Positions 14,371 to 28,189 of a stretch of DNA of 64,000 nt are shown here, piece after piece. The notes under the pieces are model-generated. The model saw only the letters and a program-made list of their open reading frames with translations. It searched no databases and had not been told where the DNA came from. The position numbers and the translations under genes were made by a program. The DNA lies in contig ADNK01002770.1 of the NCBI GenBank assembly GCA_000320545.1, positions 5,508-69,507 on the forward strand. Reading direction: 5' to 3'. The number at the start of each line of letters is the position of its first letter. Within the stretch, counting starts at the first letter, position 1. This DNA comes from Bigelowiella natans CCMP2755. Taxonomy: Eukaryota; Protista; Cercozoa.

Positions 14371-15154
14371 TGTTTAAATTAAATCGTCGCGGTTCCGCTT
14401 ATTTCAGGGTTTATCGAGATCTATATCCGGAGCTGAAAGACATATCAGAATGGGGTCCTCGGGCGATGGAGCAGCAGATTCGAGAAAAGGTAGAGCACGC
14501 CTTCCTGCATTTGCGAAGCGGGGGTGGTGAACGAGCGTTGTTGTGCTCGGAAAGAGAATGCGTCGATGGCGATTTGAAGCTTTTCGGTGTCCCTTGACGG
14601 TGTGTGAGTGTGTTGGTTTCCTATGCGACGCGGTGTTTCCAATCGATGCGTGGTATATGTCACAGACCCTGCTCATGAAGAAGACAATTGAAAAACTGAC
14701 CTCGGAGCATCTCCAACGTATGCATATTACACCCTTAACAAACACAAGCAAGTAGGCTGACCAATCACCTGCCAACGCCCAGCATGAATGCACAAGAACA
14801 CCTCGCCGTCGATTGCCTATGCGACACAGAAATAATCTAATCTCAGGATTCAAGCAGGACCCCATTCCCGTTCTTGGTTCAGGCTCCGATGTAATTTTAC
14901 TCAAACTTTAGCGTTTGTATGCTCTCCCTATACCTAATCGCGGTGCTTTGCGTGCCATCGTACACCTGCTCTTCGTCATTAATATGAATACACAGCACTT
15001 CCGCTGATGAGGGTGCACTTGATGCCGTATATCAGGAAGACATTTTGTCATCTCTCAAGAAAGCACATGAGAGACCGGCGCAAGGGTATGGTGAGCAGTT
15101 GTGATGATGATGCGGCCGACACCGTTAGGCTTGCATGCCTTTGCGCGTATAAAT

Positions 15155-15196
<42 letters not shown>

Positions 15197-15357
15197 TTTG
15201 TATATATTATATATGTGTGTGCGTGTATATATGTTCATGTTTATATGCGTTGTTGAATTCTATGCTCCCCTCCCCCCACCCACAGGTTCTACGATTTCGG
15301 GAGTGGAAAAGTGGAGGGGGCTAATATATCGTCCACCTCTACCCCAAGTACGAGTGC

Positions 15358-15395
<38 letters not shown>

Positions 15396-15472
15396 ATATA
15401 TGTTTATATTTATATATTCATAGATACAACGCACACGCACACATATATATAACATACTCATGTTGTATTAAT

Positions 15473-15507
<35 letters not shown>

Positions 15508-15516
15508 CATATGTAA

Positions 15517-15556
<40 letters not shown>

Positions 15557-15927
15557 CTTATTATCTATATAACAGTATCCACATGTCATTTATGCCAGGT
15601 GACGACGAGCCAATGCAGCAGATGGCGATTAAGTTTCACAGTATCGACTCCAACCACTCAGCCCCATTTGGTTTGATTCGATATAGAGCGAGAGTGGGAG
15701 AGAAAGGGGGGGGGTTGGGGGGGGGATGAGAAAGAGAGACTTGTTTCGATTAGATGTTACCCTCTGGCTGTGCTAGCACCATGATGCTCTAACATCTGAA
15801 CGTAAATGGCCATGCTTATAGACTACACTAGTACCGCATTTTGATGCGCCTCTAATGCTTTTACAGGGCCACCAGATGAATCAGAGAATAGTGATACTAG
15901 AGTAATTTACCCCAGAATACACTGCAA

Positions 15928-15963
<36 letters not shown>

Positions 15964-16074
15964 GCACAAGCAGATACGCATACATATGCATATGAAGATA
16001 CAGAGAGAGAAGCGATCATATAATTTTTTCGTTCCACCTCACAAATGGAAGTTTATAAATATGTACGTGCGTAC

Positions 16075-16111
<37 letters not shown>

Positions 16112-19100
16112 TTGTTTCACACGCACGTTTATGCTCGTTTGACAACCAAACAGGGAAAGGGATTTCGAAGGCAGCTAGATCAGAAATATTACATGTATGG
16201 TACTCAATGGATACACAACACAGCAGCAACAAGAGCGCACGCAAACCTGGCACGGCGCCCCACAGAATACTTTCACACACACACGCACGCAGGCACGCAC
16301 GCACGCACGCACGTGATAGTTCATCTCCTACCACGCATGTGCCTTATCTAGATTGCGCTCGTTGATCGGCTCGGATCGATTGCTCAGAAAGGAGTAAGGA
16401 CTTGCGGCTCAAACCACCTGCCGTAGTGCATATATCCCCCACTCTCTGACACCTGCGCCGACAACGCACATGAACGTTTGCTATATTGCTTGAAATCCAA
16501 CAACCTTCCTTTCGATTTGCGACTTATGCTCTAATTCGTGCGTGCGCGTGCGCGTGGGCGTGGTGCGTTTGTCGGTGCGACGTCTTCTTCGTCAGAGTGT
16601 ACGATGAGCTGGATGAAGAGATGCAATCGTGGTGAGGCGAGAGGGCAAAGAAGAAGAAGGAGAATAAGAAGGAGGAGGAAACGACTCAAAATAGTTCTGC
16701 AAATGTGTATCATATTATATATGTGCGCGTGTGTTATACCACCCTCAAGCGTGTGCGTATATGCGCGTCTGCCTGCACAGGTGGGGCTCACGAATGATAC
16801 GACCCTTTGACCCTGAGGAGAAGGCCATTTATTTGAAACGACAGCAAATCAGACGCGAGCTGACGTCAATAGGTTCTTCCATCCACGCATCTTAGTATAC
16901 CTCATGTCCCTACTAGCTGAAGTGTGTGTGCTTGTGTGTGTGTGTGTGTGTGTGCGTGTCTGCGTGGGTATGCAAATAAATCCAGGGCGCTCGGGGGGGG
17001 GGCATGGCCCGCCAAAGGTAGCGAAATCACTTGATTTTCCACTCAGGATTTTTATTCTTTTTTTCTAAAAAAAAAAAATTGTATCGATGGCACCCAAATA
17101 TATGCAAGCGAAGCTCGTAGCTCACTGTATGAGGCGTTGTCCCTTTTCTAGCGGTTTTATCTTTTGCTACTTCTTTGCAATATTACAAAGGCGAGGAGGT
17201 CTCAAAGCTACGACATCGATCGGGCAGCGGAGGGAGACGAGCAGTTGTTTGATGTAGATTTGGAAGAGGTATTGCTCATTTTCCCAGGCTAAATCAGCTT
17301 CGGCGTGTGTTGTTAAAACAAGAGACTTTGTACTTCAACGCCAGCGCAGCCCTTCTTTAGACGTATTTTGCGCCTAAATTGAAAACATATAAAAAAAATT
17401 AAAAAAATGCATGGAGAAGAGAGCATATCACCCTCAAAGAAACCCTACTGTACCCACAGCAATGATGCTCGCAAGCTGCATCTTTGTATCTTCCTTGTAG
17501 CTTAGAGCGGACAGCAGCATTCTGTACGTCGCAGGGCACTGGCCCTAGTTTTCACACTGGTTTTGCGCTCATTTTGGCCAGGTCTCGAGCGATGCCTTCT
17601 CCGATTCAGAGAGGAAGAAGCTTCAGAATAGGAAGAAGAGGCCTCTGCAAGGAAGTACGTGCCTTTTCTTTAGTCCTTTGCGAGCATTTCTCATTGAATT
17701 GGTGGGTGCATCACGGGGAACTGACGACGCATCTTGCCCACCATCCAGAGCTCCGCTGCGATCCCGGGCACCGTGACAGTTCCGTGCTGAAATCGTCCAA
17801 GCGCCTCGCAGCGCCGGTGAAACCGAAGGGAAAGCCCCGACGGCCAGGAAAGGGCAGGGGGGGGGATGCGAAGACATTTGCGTCCCTGATGAAGCAGCAG
17901 CGGAAGGAGGAAATGGCGGGTAGGAGCGACGATGCGGAGGAGGTTGGCGCCAACAGCGAGGCTACGGTTGATTCGGAAGAGGCTGCAAAGCAGCTCTTTG
18001 ACCCCAAGTTCAGACGGAGTCTGATGGATAAGGTACACGATGGACATCTATGAGACCGTGATCGAGGGCTGCAGAAGAGTGACGATAGTTAAGATGATGA
18101 TATGGGGGGGGGGGGGAGGATACGGAAGAGATGTTGGTAGAGGACTTCCAAGATAAATTCATTAAATTTCTATCATTTTTGTGTTCTAAATAACACGATT
18201 TTCCCTCGGAGAATACCGCCAACGGGTGCGCGTGTGTGCGTGTGTTTTATTGTTTTTGAACTTCAATCAGGAGATGAAAAGCAAAGCAGGGGGGAATAGT
18301 AAAGGCAAAATCGAGGAGGAGGAAGAAGACGATGAAGATATAGAAAAGCTTTTTATGCAGGCAATGTTTAGAACACAAAAGCCACGCAATTCTTTTCGCC
18401 ATTCCGCCCTGACGGCCAAGGCGATGATTCGTTATCGCTCCGATTTCAGATAAGAATTGCGCGTTTTTTCCCCAGATCTCTCAGTCCGATGAAGGGGAGA
18501 TTCCAGGCGGCGCGAGGAGGAAAGACGCCGGTGCCGGCGACTTCTCGCCGGTTGACAAGGATTTCGAGGAGATGGAGAAGAAAAAGAAGAAGAAAAGAGG
18601 TGCGAGCTTGCATGTTAATTGCATCAACGAGGATGAATTGCAAGCAAGGAGCACATCAGCATCGCAAGCAAGCCTATGTGTCGCGCGGCGCGTGTGCGTC
18701 TTTGTTAGTATCCAATGTTCATTGTTTTCAATTCGGCTATCGAGCAGGTGACGTTATCACCATAAGCACCTCCATCATTCGGAAGTACAACTACACACTC
18801 TCCTCAAGTACGTGCTTCTTTAGATTGTTGTCGCATGCTAGCAATAGGAGTAGAAACATCGTCAGTTATCTTCCATAGTGTTTTTTGCCCCGTTTAATTG
18901 ATGCATTCATTCTGAAGATATACCGCGGGGTGAAGCTCAAAGACTTTTGTCATGGCTTTTTTCCTCCGATGTTTCCCCTATTCCTGCTTTCTGAATAACG
19001 ACTATTGTCCCACGCCATTTTGGCGCGTCGCGTGTGTCATATGGAGGAGTTCGGTCTTTCCGAAACCCCCACTTCAGTGTGTTCTATATTTGCAAAAAAG

Positions 19101-19743
19101 AGTTTTTGCGGCCATTTTGCCGCCGTCGCATTTCGCCCTGTCTTGAGCCAACGCTGCTTGACGTGAATCAGATGACGAAGAGTATTTGAGGCTGAAGCAG
19201 AATGAATCCGCTGCCTCTCCCAGTCTGACCGAGTTGGAGTTCCAACACGACCTGGTGCGCCAGGCTCGCAACGCGCACAACGCGTCAACCAAACTGCCTC
19301 ACTCTGCGCGTGCATAGGCGGGGGCATACTGATTCATAAGATAGAACGCGCGCACACCCAAGCGCACACATACAGAAAGAGAAAGAGAGGGCGAGAAAGA
19401 AAGAGAGAAAGAGAGCGAGGGAGCGAGAAGGAGATCTATGCAGAAGCCCTTGCATAAAGCATAAAATCTAACTATCAATCTTGCATCGCGCCAGCGTTCA
19501 AATGTCGCATATATCTTTTGAGCACATTGCTCATCCGCTTCCCACCCCTCCCCCTCCTCTCCCCCCCGACTCATCTACTGCTACACTGTAGGCCCAGATT
19601 TCTCAGGATGAGGAGAGGTCCAGCCTAGATACGGAGCAAAAAAATCTTATTAAAAGCCTTAAGAAGGTAAGGCAGGCACACTACCACGAACACACGTGCA
19701 GACACGTATATTATGCATAAAAATATATGTATATTATATATCA

Positions 19744-19777
<34 letters not shown>

Positions 19778-20034
19778 GTATATATTTGTACGCGCGCGCG
19801 TAAGCACAATGCACTATAAACAATGCATACGAGACACGCAAATATTTACAAAGAAAGACGAATAACATGTGCATGCGGCAAACAACAACATCATCATCAT
19901 CATCAACAACAACAACAACAACTAGGGCCAGTTCGTGATCGATGGGGAGATCTTCAATGAATACGGGGAGATGATACGGGTGGTTTTCAAACAACTCTGA
20001 AACACGAAATGAATTTGTAGTAATATATATCAAA

Positions 20035-20071
<37 letters not shown>

Positions 20072-20106
20072 GCGCGCGCGTGCATATACACATAAAAAAG
20101 TTCATA

Positions 20107-20145
<39 letters not shown>

Positions 20146-20196
20146 TATTTACTTTTAAATTCAAGGATATAATTTTCCAATTTGGTTTATGGCCAT

Positions 20197-20257
<61 letters not shown>

Positions 20258-20597
20258 CTGTCGTGTATATGTACGATACGACAGCCGGAGGAACCTGTCA
20301 AGTACATAGGCGGTGCTGTTCCTATCTTATATCAAATGTCCGGGTATTTAATCATCACTGAAACGACAGTATATGGGCGCGTTCTTGAGCGCTGTTTGCC
20401 ACTGCTGAACGTTGGAACGAACGCCTTGACGCCTGTAGCAGCTAATAGTGCGAAATCTTTCGCGCATATATTCTCTGTTTCTTCGCGCGCACGATTATAT
20501 TGATTATGGCTGGAGGTTGATGCTTGGCACATTCGTTAGAATGTATAGCGTTGAGGCGTGTGTTTCTCCAATAGTCAAGCGTCATATGATAATAAAC

Positions 20598-20642
<45 letters not shown>

Positions 20643-20816
20643 TTAAATTTACATGTATATATTATCCATATATGTTCGTTGTTGTGTTTAGTTTCGCAAC
20701 CCCGCTAATCAACGAGTTCTCCTGGATGGACCTTGCTATGATCAGGAGGAATAACAAGAATGGCAGATACACTGTTAGGTAATGCTTATGGGAGGGGGAA
20801 GTAGAGGACGCGCGTG

Positions 20817-20865
<49 letters not shown>

Positions 20866-21025
20866 GTCTCTCTGTGTGTGTGTTTGTTTTCGTTTGTAGC
20901 TGTGTGCATATATCAGTGATATAACTGCTTGATGATCTTTTGTGAATGATGCCGCAATTCAGGGTAAAGGACACGTACGAAGCTCGGTTTGTCGGTGCGA
21001 TGTTAATGATATATGATGAATAAAA

Positions 21026-21072
<47 letters not shown>

Positions 21073-22309
21073 TTCAATATGCATTGTTATTCATACCCGA
21101 AGATAAAAAGATGCGACACTCATGCTTGTGAGCAGGCCTTGCAAACAAGACGCTGCATAACGTGGAAGCGAAGCATATCCGGGAAAAACCCTACCTAGAA
21201 TGCGGGTGCGCGCTTTTAGTTTTGAGTGTTGATCACTGCACGCGACTCCGAAATGCAAGAGAGAAATAAAACCATATTTCCCGCGAGTTTAGACAGACCT
21301 CGCGACAACCCCGCGACCGCACGGATCCGCACAAACACGCACACACGCATGATCAGGTGGTACCAAGTGCTGAACGAGAAGGGGATTAAACTCGCATGTA
21401 AGGCGCAGCGAGGAGGAGTTGCCAAAAATAAGAAGAAGAAGATGATGATGATGATGATGATGATGAAGAAGAAGAAATCGATGGTGTTAGCGACGGTGGT
21501 GGTGGTGGAGACGTAGACGCCATTGTCTTCAACCTATCAAGTATATGTTTTCTCGTAAACTGACCGATTCCCAGCCATTCTCTTAAATACACCTGCTCTA
21601 CCTCGTGCAAAGAGTAGCAAAGTAAGTGCCAAGATGACTCATATTCCATCTCCCTCCCATTAGATACAAAGCAAGCTGCGGAGAACCCAATGGGCTTTAG
21701 GCCGGTAATAGCAGACGCATTTGCACCGAAAACAGCGTTCCTTGCTATGTGGTTATCTGAGGATGGTAGCAAGGAGAGAAGATTCGGTTTTCTGCTTCTT
21801 CGCATGTGCACGTTTTGGTGTATTTGCGGGTGTCAGGTCTTGTGGATTCGTTGTTTTGATTTTTGTATTCCAAACCCCTTCCCCCCCCCCCTTCCCTCCC
21901 TTACCACCCTTCCCCCTGCCAAAATGAAATCTGAATGAAAAGGCGGCGAAAGTGAAGCAGGACGAGATCGTCTTTGTCGATGAGGTAGTGCGGAAACTGC
22001 ACCGTTGCAATGTGTGGTGTTTGCGAGAGAGGGTGAGAAGACAGCGGTGGTGAAAAGCCTTTACTAATTATCTCCTATAAACATATCCGCTATCTTCGTG
22101 AGTAGCACAACTCCCCTCGTCAGCACTGCCGCCATCCTTTTTCTCGCGCCGTCGCAGCTTGGTTTTGACTGATGACTTCGTACATAACACAGATCGATGA
22201 AGAATCGGCGCATATTCTTGGGCCGGTTGAGGGTGATATTGCACTGTTATTTTCAATGCGACAGTGTTCTTATGCGTGTTGCTTGCGCACATCAATATAT
22301 CAATAGTTG

Positions 22310-22347
<38 letters not shown>

Positions 22348-22581
22348 CATATTCGTTGAAACACACCCAGCGGAGGAAATGGCGTTTTTGTGTGACTTCT
22401 TTCTACTGTCCTTTTGCCCTTTTTTATCGTAAACAGGCTGGACGAAAATCGTCGACGACTCAACGCTGAAACCGGTTTGAAAAATGGGCTCTTTCCCTTT
22501 GGAGACGCAGATATACAATATCTAATATTGCATACACATATATATTTGTGTGCGTGTGTGTGTGCGTGTGCGCGCGCGCGC

Positions 22582-22612
<31 letters not shown>

Positions 22613-23228
22613 CGTGCGTTAATGTAGATACAGAAAGGTTATATAGAGATTCTTTATCCATTTACATGTACATAAAGAAATGGTACTTCTCAGAAAATGC
22701 GTCCCTCGACTCGTCTAAAGCAGTTCATGGACACTAGCACCAAATGGATATCAAAGCGAACGCAACACGTAGTGCTGATACTTCCGCCGCGACCTTCTTG
22801 CTTTCGCATGCACATTTAATACATATATATATATATATATATTTATTTATTTATTTATATCCACACACATTAATCGATGCACAAATCGTTATAGGTACGA
22901 CTGCGAGTAGAGGATTACACGGTATGGCATGAACCATGCAGAAGGAGGCAATGTTTAGAAGAATAGATAAGCGGATGAGTGTAGATTTCGAAACGCTCCG
23001 AAAATGCAGCTTTCGAGCGGCGAAGTGCCGATGAGTACACAAGCATGTTTCCGGTCGTTTCTTTGAGTTCTTTGTTGATGGAGAGTCGGTCACGTGTCGG
23101 TCTTGGGTGTGCACTTGTGTGGCGAAATGCCGTTAGATATTCATGATACGTGCGATTCCTCCCAACCAAGTGCCTAAAGGGAAAGTGCTGCTTTTGTGTG
23201 GTATTGAGAAGCCATTTGTCATTTGAAT

Positions 23229-23265
<37 letters not shown>

Positions 23266-24353
23266 ATCTTCTTATCTATCGTTTCGCGAAGATCTCACGA
23301 TTCTTTTTTTTCCCTTCATCCCCTTCCCCCCCTCTATTCTGCGTCTGTACTCCTCGTGAAAGCAATGTATGGGAGGGGGAGAGGAAGGGGGTGGAGGGGG
23401 GGAGACGAGGCGTTTTTCAATACGCTTCATCGTCTACATCGTCTACATACTCACGCGTGCAATTAGGTCATGAACGTCGAGCCGAGGAGTGGGAAAAGAG
23501 CGGATTTATGCACAGAATGATGGACATGGGATATGCAGGTGTTGTTTGTTGCTTGTCGCTGAGAGTGAGTTAGATGCGCGTGCATCCCTTCGCGTGCTCC
23601 TGCTACTGGTTATTCAAGATATGTGTTCCGTGGTTTGTGTTTGCTTTTTCCCCACCAACGATGACTACACAGTCGTTGCGATCGATCTTTCCGGGGGAGG
23701 GCAGTAGCCAAGGTCTCGCTTTCGCCAATCAACCCACACGCGATGCTGCTTTATGGTGCTTGGCTGTTATTGTTTCCGACTTTGATAACAATCCGGTTTT
23801 TCACGACGTTTGAAGGGGAATACGCCTTGGGCGGTCGTGCTGTAAAGTCGCAATGGCTGCGCGTCGTCATCGAGTGCCTCGCGCTCGAGCCTGTCTTCCT
23901 CGTCGCGCCTCACTCAAGCACGTGGTTGATTCCAAAGATGAAAGAGAGCAGTCAACGAAGAACAACGATTTTGCCAAGCTTTCTCATGCGCCGATCTAGT
24001 TGAGGACGGGCTCGATGAGAAATCCCCCCCCTCTTTTTTAATTCCAACCTTTTCCGGATTCGTATCTCTTTTCGCAATAGCCTCTAGCTACACTTGGAGG
24101 CAATCAGCGAGGCGCGATGACGAATCGTGAGAGTGCCGCAGATGCTTCCTGTCGTTCGTGCCAACTGCGGGGTTTCGTTTGTAGATTTAGCAGTTTGTCG
24201 TGTTGTTGTGTTCGCAAGGTACGCTCTCCCATTTGCTCTCTACAATCCAACGAAGATCATCGGGTAGATTTACGCATCAGTGGCGCATTTAGTGTTCTAA
24301 ATGGCGATTTCTTACGAGCATTAACGATACCGCGCGCGCACACACACACACAT

Positions 24354-24391
<38 letters not shown>

Positions 24392-24479
24392 GTTATTATT
24401 TATTTGTTTATAATGTGTATAAATATTAAATATACACACACATGCACAAATACAATAATACACACACACACACACACAC

Positions 24480-24522
<43 letters not shown>

Positions 24523-25010
24523 CATATTAGAATGTTTCCATATTACTCTTGCCCCTTATTAGATACGTGGGCCTCTCGCCGTTATCTTGGAGCAACCACA
24601 CGGATGAGGATTACGTCAATGCGCCCTTCCGCGCTATGGTACTGATTCCTTTCACCGAAAGACGCAGCGAGAGTGCCATCTGCGTGCACATTGACGAGCT
24701 CCCCGACTAGGGAATGCTTTTATTTACAGCTGTTACGTGGCTTGTAACCTGTCAGATATTTCGCGGCGCACACGATAAACGCGCGGCTATCGCTGTGCGA
24801 AAGATCCGAATGATGCCAAAGATGCAGGACATCGTCGTCCCCAACAGGGACTATGACTTCTATTATAAAGATATGCAGGTGGAGGGGGGGGGGGAGGGGG
24901 GGGGGAGGAGTTCGTTGTCTGAACATAAATGCGACTTCTCACCGAAAGTCGTGACTGTTGGTACTAACTACATCGGAACGATGCTAATGTGGGACTAGAA
25001 CGCCTCCTGA
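13891..25010 (+). CDS. Large multi-exon hypothetical protein: N-terminal signal/anchor, acidic/basic low-complexity middle, SH3-like module near the C-terminus
   Basis: About 30 exons, most chaining in phase from [30 protein letters not shown]: ..SIPYR|[13 protein letters not shown]|TLLMKK..|RFKQDPF..|..[12 protein letters not shown]|EMKSK..|..[18 protein letters not shown]|PEEPVKY..|[13 protein letters not shown]|..[10 protein letters not shown]|[13 protein letters not shown]|GWTKIVDD..|[21 protein letters not shown]|NAS*. The chain from 22.7 to 24.6 kb is less certain. Confidence 0.7.
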
Positions 25011-25199
25011 TTTCTAAAAACGTGCGACTGTCTCTCGAGTTGTCCGGTGATGGCTTCGGTGGTTCTTACGCGATTGTGCATTTGTAGGCTTGGGAACCTA
25101 GAGTGGTAAGGTTCATGAAGGAGCTGCACGAAGATGATGACGAAACTGCTGCAAATGCACAGCCCGAGTAACGTGCCGTAGAGAGTTGACCTAAAAGGT

Positions 25200-26570
25200 A
25201 TTTGAATCATTTGTGTGAAATTGGTTCCAAAAAGGTTAGGATTTGATGTCTCTTCAACTAGCTCATGGTGCGATGTTGCTGCATTTAATTTAGCCGATCA
25301 TTTGTCCCTTCGGAAGAAGTTGTCACAAACCATGCCAGTGTGCCAAACTGTGTCTAAAGATCCGCATGCGCAGCAAACTAGCTAACAGCGCACAACGCAT
25401 GCATTGCTGGCATGTCAGCTTGTCAGCATGCTAGCATGCGTTGCGGCGCAACTGCACTAATCACACTTGGCGATCTAGACGATACTAGCATGGTCGAATA
25501 CACTGCACGCTTGTTCACGCCAGTGTTGTTCCAGCAACAAATAAATGCTTGATTTCTCAACCATTTTTTTTCAAGTTTGGTTCCATCAGCGTCAACTCTA
25601 GAACTAGTCAGCTAGCTAGCTAGGCTAGTCTAGTAGTGCGCATGCATGCGGGCAACTACGTGCTACATTGGGCCAGCTTGGCAATTGTGCGTGCATGCGC
25701 TTGTTAGCTTCTATGTACGTGTAGGTAGTCTGGCACGCGATCAATGCGTGCATGCATGCTATTGTAGCATTGTGCACTAACAGCAACAAATAATGAACAA
25801 CAAATTGATATGGCCAATGAAAAGTCCATGTTATTCATTATGGAGCACTAGGGTAGTAGAACTACTAAACTGCAAGGAAGTGCGCTATACGTGTGTGAGT
25901 GCATGCATACAATTTGCTATTTGCACATACTGCAGCATATGTATACGTAGATAAGCTTTAGCATGCTAATCATGACTATTTAGCTATGTAGCTATGTAGC
26001 CCTCGCTGCTAGCTCGCTAGCTTTACTATTACTATGCAATAGCGTGCAGGCTAACATGCTGACATGCATGCTAGCTGTCTAGCTGTCACAGCGTGGATTA
26101 CTAGATTAATGCCGTGCTAGCGTGAATGCTTCATGCGTGAGACGGATGGATATAATGCAGAATAAAATCATTAATTGTTTTTAATATGGATATCCTAATG
26201 TAGCTATCTAGCTATGCTACATGTAGATATGCGTGCTTCTAATAAATGCTAGAATGCAATATGACCAGTTACATATGTGTTTACGTATGCGCAGAATAAT
26301 ATATGATGCGTCGACAAGAAAATGCGCGCCATTCTAGCATTCCAGCGACACGCACAACTGAACAATGGCGGTATGCACACACATATATTATTGTTCGCCT
26401 GCATACAAGCGCCGCTGCTGATATAGACGTGTCGGACTACAACTTGTACGTACATGAACGCGATTAATGAAGTCAATTTAATACAGTCTAGACATTATTA
26501 TGGCATATCTTAGCAAGTTATTCACAAAATCCTGCACGCAAAAGTATGCGTAGGTGCCGTCACTATTAGC
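25200..26570. other. CTAG/AGCT/CATG/TGCA-rich non-coding block between convergent genes
   Basis: For example gctagctagctaggctagtctag (~25610) and gcatgcatgc. No credible ORFs or microsatellites. Confidence 0.8.
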
Positions 26571-26639
26571 CCATCCCAGGTGTGTTTTCTCAGCTGCATG
26601 TCTAGATGTCGCTGTGTTATGAAGCATGAATGGCCGAAC

Positions 26640-27432
26640 TTACAAATTCATCTTCTTCTTCTTGACCTGAAACTCCTCCCATGTAAGGTTGGGCGCTTTT
26701 TCCCCGTACGTCTTCTCCAATCCCTAGAAACAGAGAACAATCACTCACGCCAGTGCCGCCCCACACACTGGCCCCCCTCTCCAAAAACCCGACATTACTC
26801 CCACGCGACGACTCGCATTTATTATTCAATCCTCCCGCCAAATGCCGGGCTGTGCAGGAGGGAAAAGGGAGCCGTACCTTCATTAGCTTGTCCCATTTTC
26901 CGGCGAACTTCGTCATGATCTTTGGCAGGTTCTGCTCCAGATGTCAAAAAACGCCACCGAGACGACGAGTTAGTTGAGCAAAGGCGGCTTCTAGCACTCA
27001 GAGAGCGTATGGTGCATATGACTTTTGTTGTCGTCTTTTTGGTTTGTTTGAGAATGTCAGAGTGCCGAAGCAAGAAAGAAACTTTGTGTTTGAATTTTCA
27101 CAAATCAAACTTCGAATACGTCCCGTATCCTAGCTACCATCATCGTCATAAGGAGCAACATTTTTGGGTTAATTCTGTCTGAGCCAACCTCGATTTTCTC
27201 AGGAGCTTCGCGCCTATAAAAATCTACCAAAACGAAGCATTTATGTCACAGAGCACGTGAATTAACACTAGGCAGGAACTTGCTACTCTGAAGCATTGTG
27301 GTACCTGCCAGCGTCCTACGGACAAACTTATTGTACTTCTTTTTCTCCTCTTCAATTTCCTGAAGACATATAGCAAGTAAGTTGGTTGTAGGAACGTCTG
27401 AAGAAAACATCGGTTGCAATCAAGACTTAGAT

Positions 27433-27478
<46 letters not shown>

Positions 27479-27941
27479 GTTCTCTCTATTTTATCAACAC
27501 GTGTCCTCCCTTCGTTCTCCCGACTCACAAATACATATACACCCACAATTATCACCCCCTCATGTATACAGGCTGCGAAACCTTTTTCTTCATTTCTTCT
27601 TCCTTCTTCTTGGCAGCTAGCAATCCTTTCTGGCGCATGATCTCTGCTGACTCGACTGTCACACAATGAAAATGATCAAAAGTACGGCAGTATGCACATC
27701 CAAGTGGAAACCCCATCATTTCACGCTTGAATTCATACCGTGTTTCTTAGCCCGATTTTTGTTCTCCTCTTTTGAGGTCTACGAAGCGTTTATGCGAAAA
27801 TGCAAACCACATAGCATTGTTACACCTTCTGCAAATACGATTGTCTTTCCAAACAGAAGATTATTCACAAACCTTCTTGTGCTTTGCAGACCTAGCTTGC
27901 GCACGGGCGCGATCGACATCTCTCTGGTTGCCTCGGGTCAT
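26640..27941 (-). CDS. SERF/4F5 (small EDRK-rich factor)-like protein with an extra C-terminal helical domain, 7 exons
   Basis: Spliced product MTRGNQRDVDRARAQARSAKHKK|TSKEENKNRAKKH|AEIMRQKGLLAAKKKEEEMKKK|EIEEEKKKYNKFVRRTLA|DFYRREAPEKIE|NLPKIMTKFAGKWDKLMK|GLEKTYGEKAPNLTWEEFQVKKKKMNL*. MTRGNQRD and AEIMRQK are SERF hallmarks. All junctions are GT-AG and in phase. Confidence 0.88.
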
Positions 27942-28189
27942 ATTGTCGGCGAGAGTGGAGGGGGGGAACAGCCTTGTCGAGGTAAGAAGTACGAATTTTC
28001 TAGCGAATGTTTGGGAGAAACACAATCTATTTATTAGTTGCGACAACACTATTCGCACAAATATCGATGTCGTAGTTCTTTTTCGACCTTACCTCAGCAA
28101 ATTGCCGCCGAGTTATTTCTGCAGATTTTCCCGGAATTTGGTGTGAAAAATAAAGTGCGACAATAAAAATTCATTGTCGTTTATATCCA

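Noticed and set aside
25200-26570. Classical fungal RIP as the explanation for CTAG-rich blocks
   Set aside because: CpA/TpG is abundant rather than depleted and the DNA is not strongly AT-shifted, unlike RIP products.
26922-27182. + strand ORF (GSAPDVKKRHRDDELVEQRRLL...)
   Set aside because: Overlaps the well-supported minus-strand SERF-fusion gene and could not be chained into a coherent gene.
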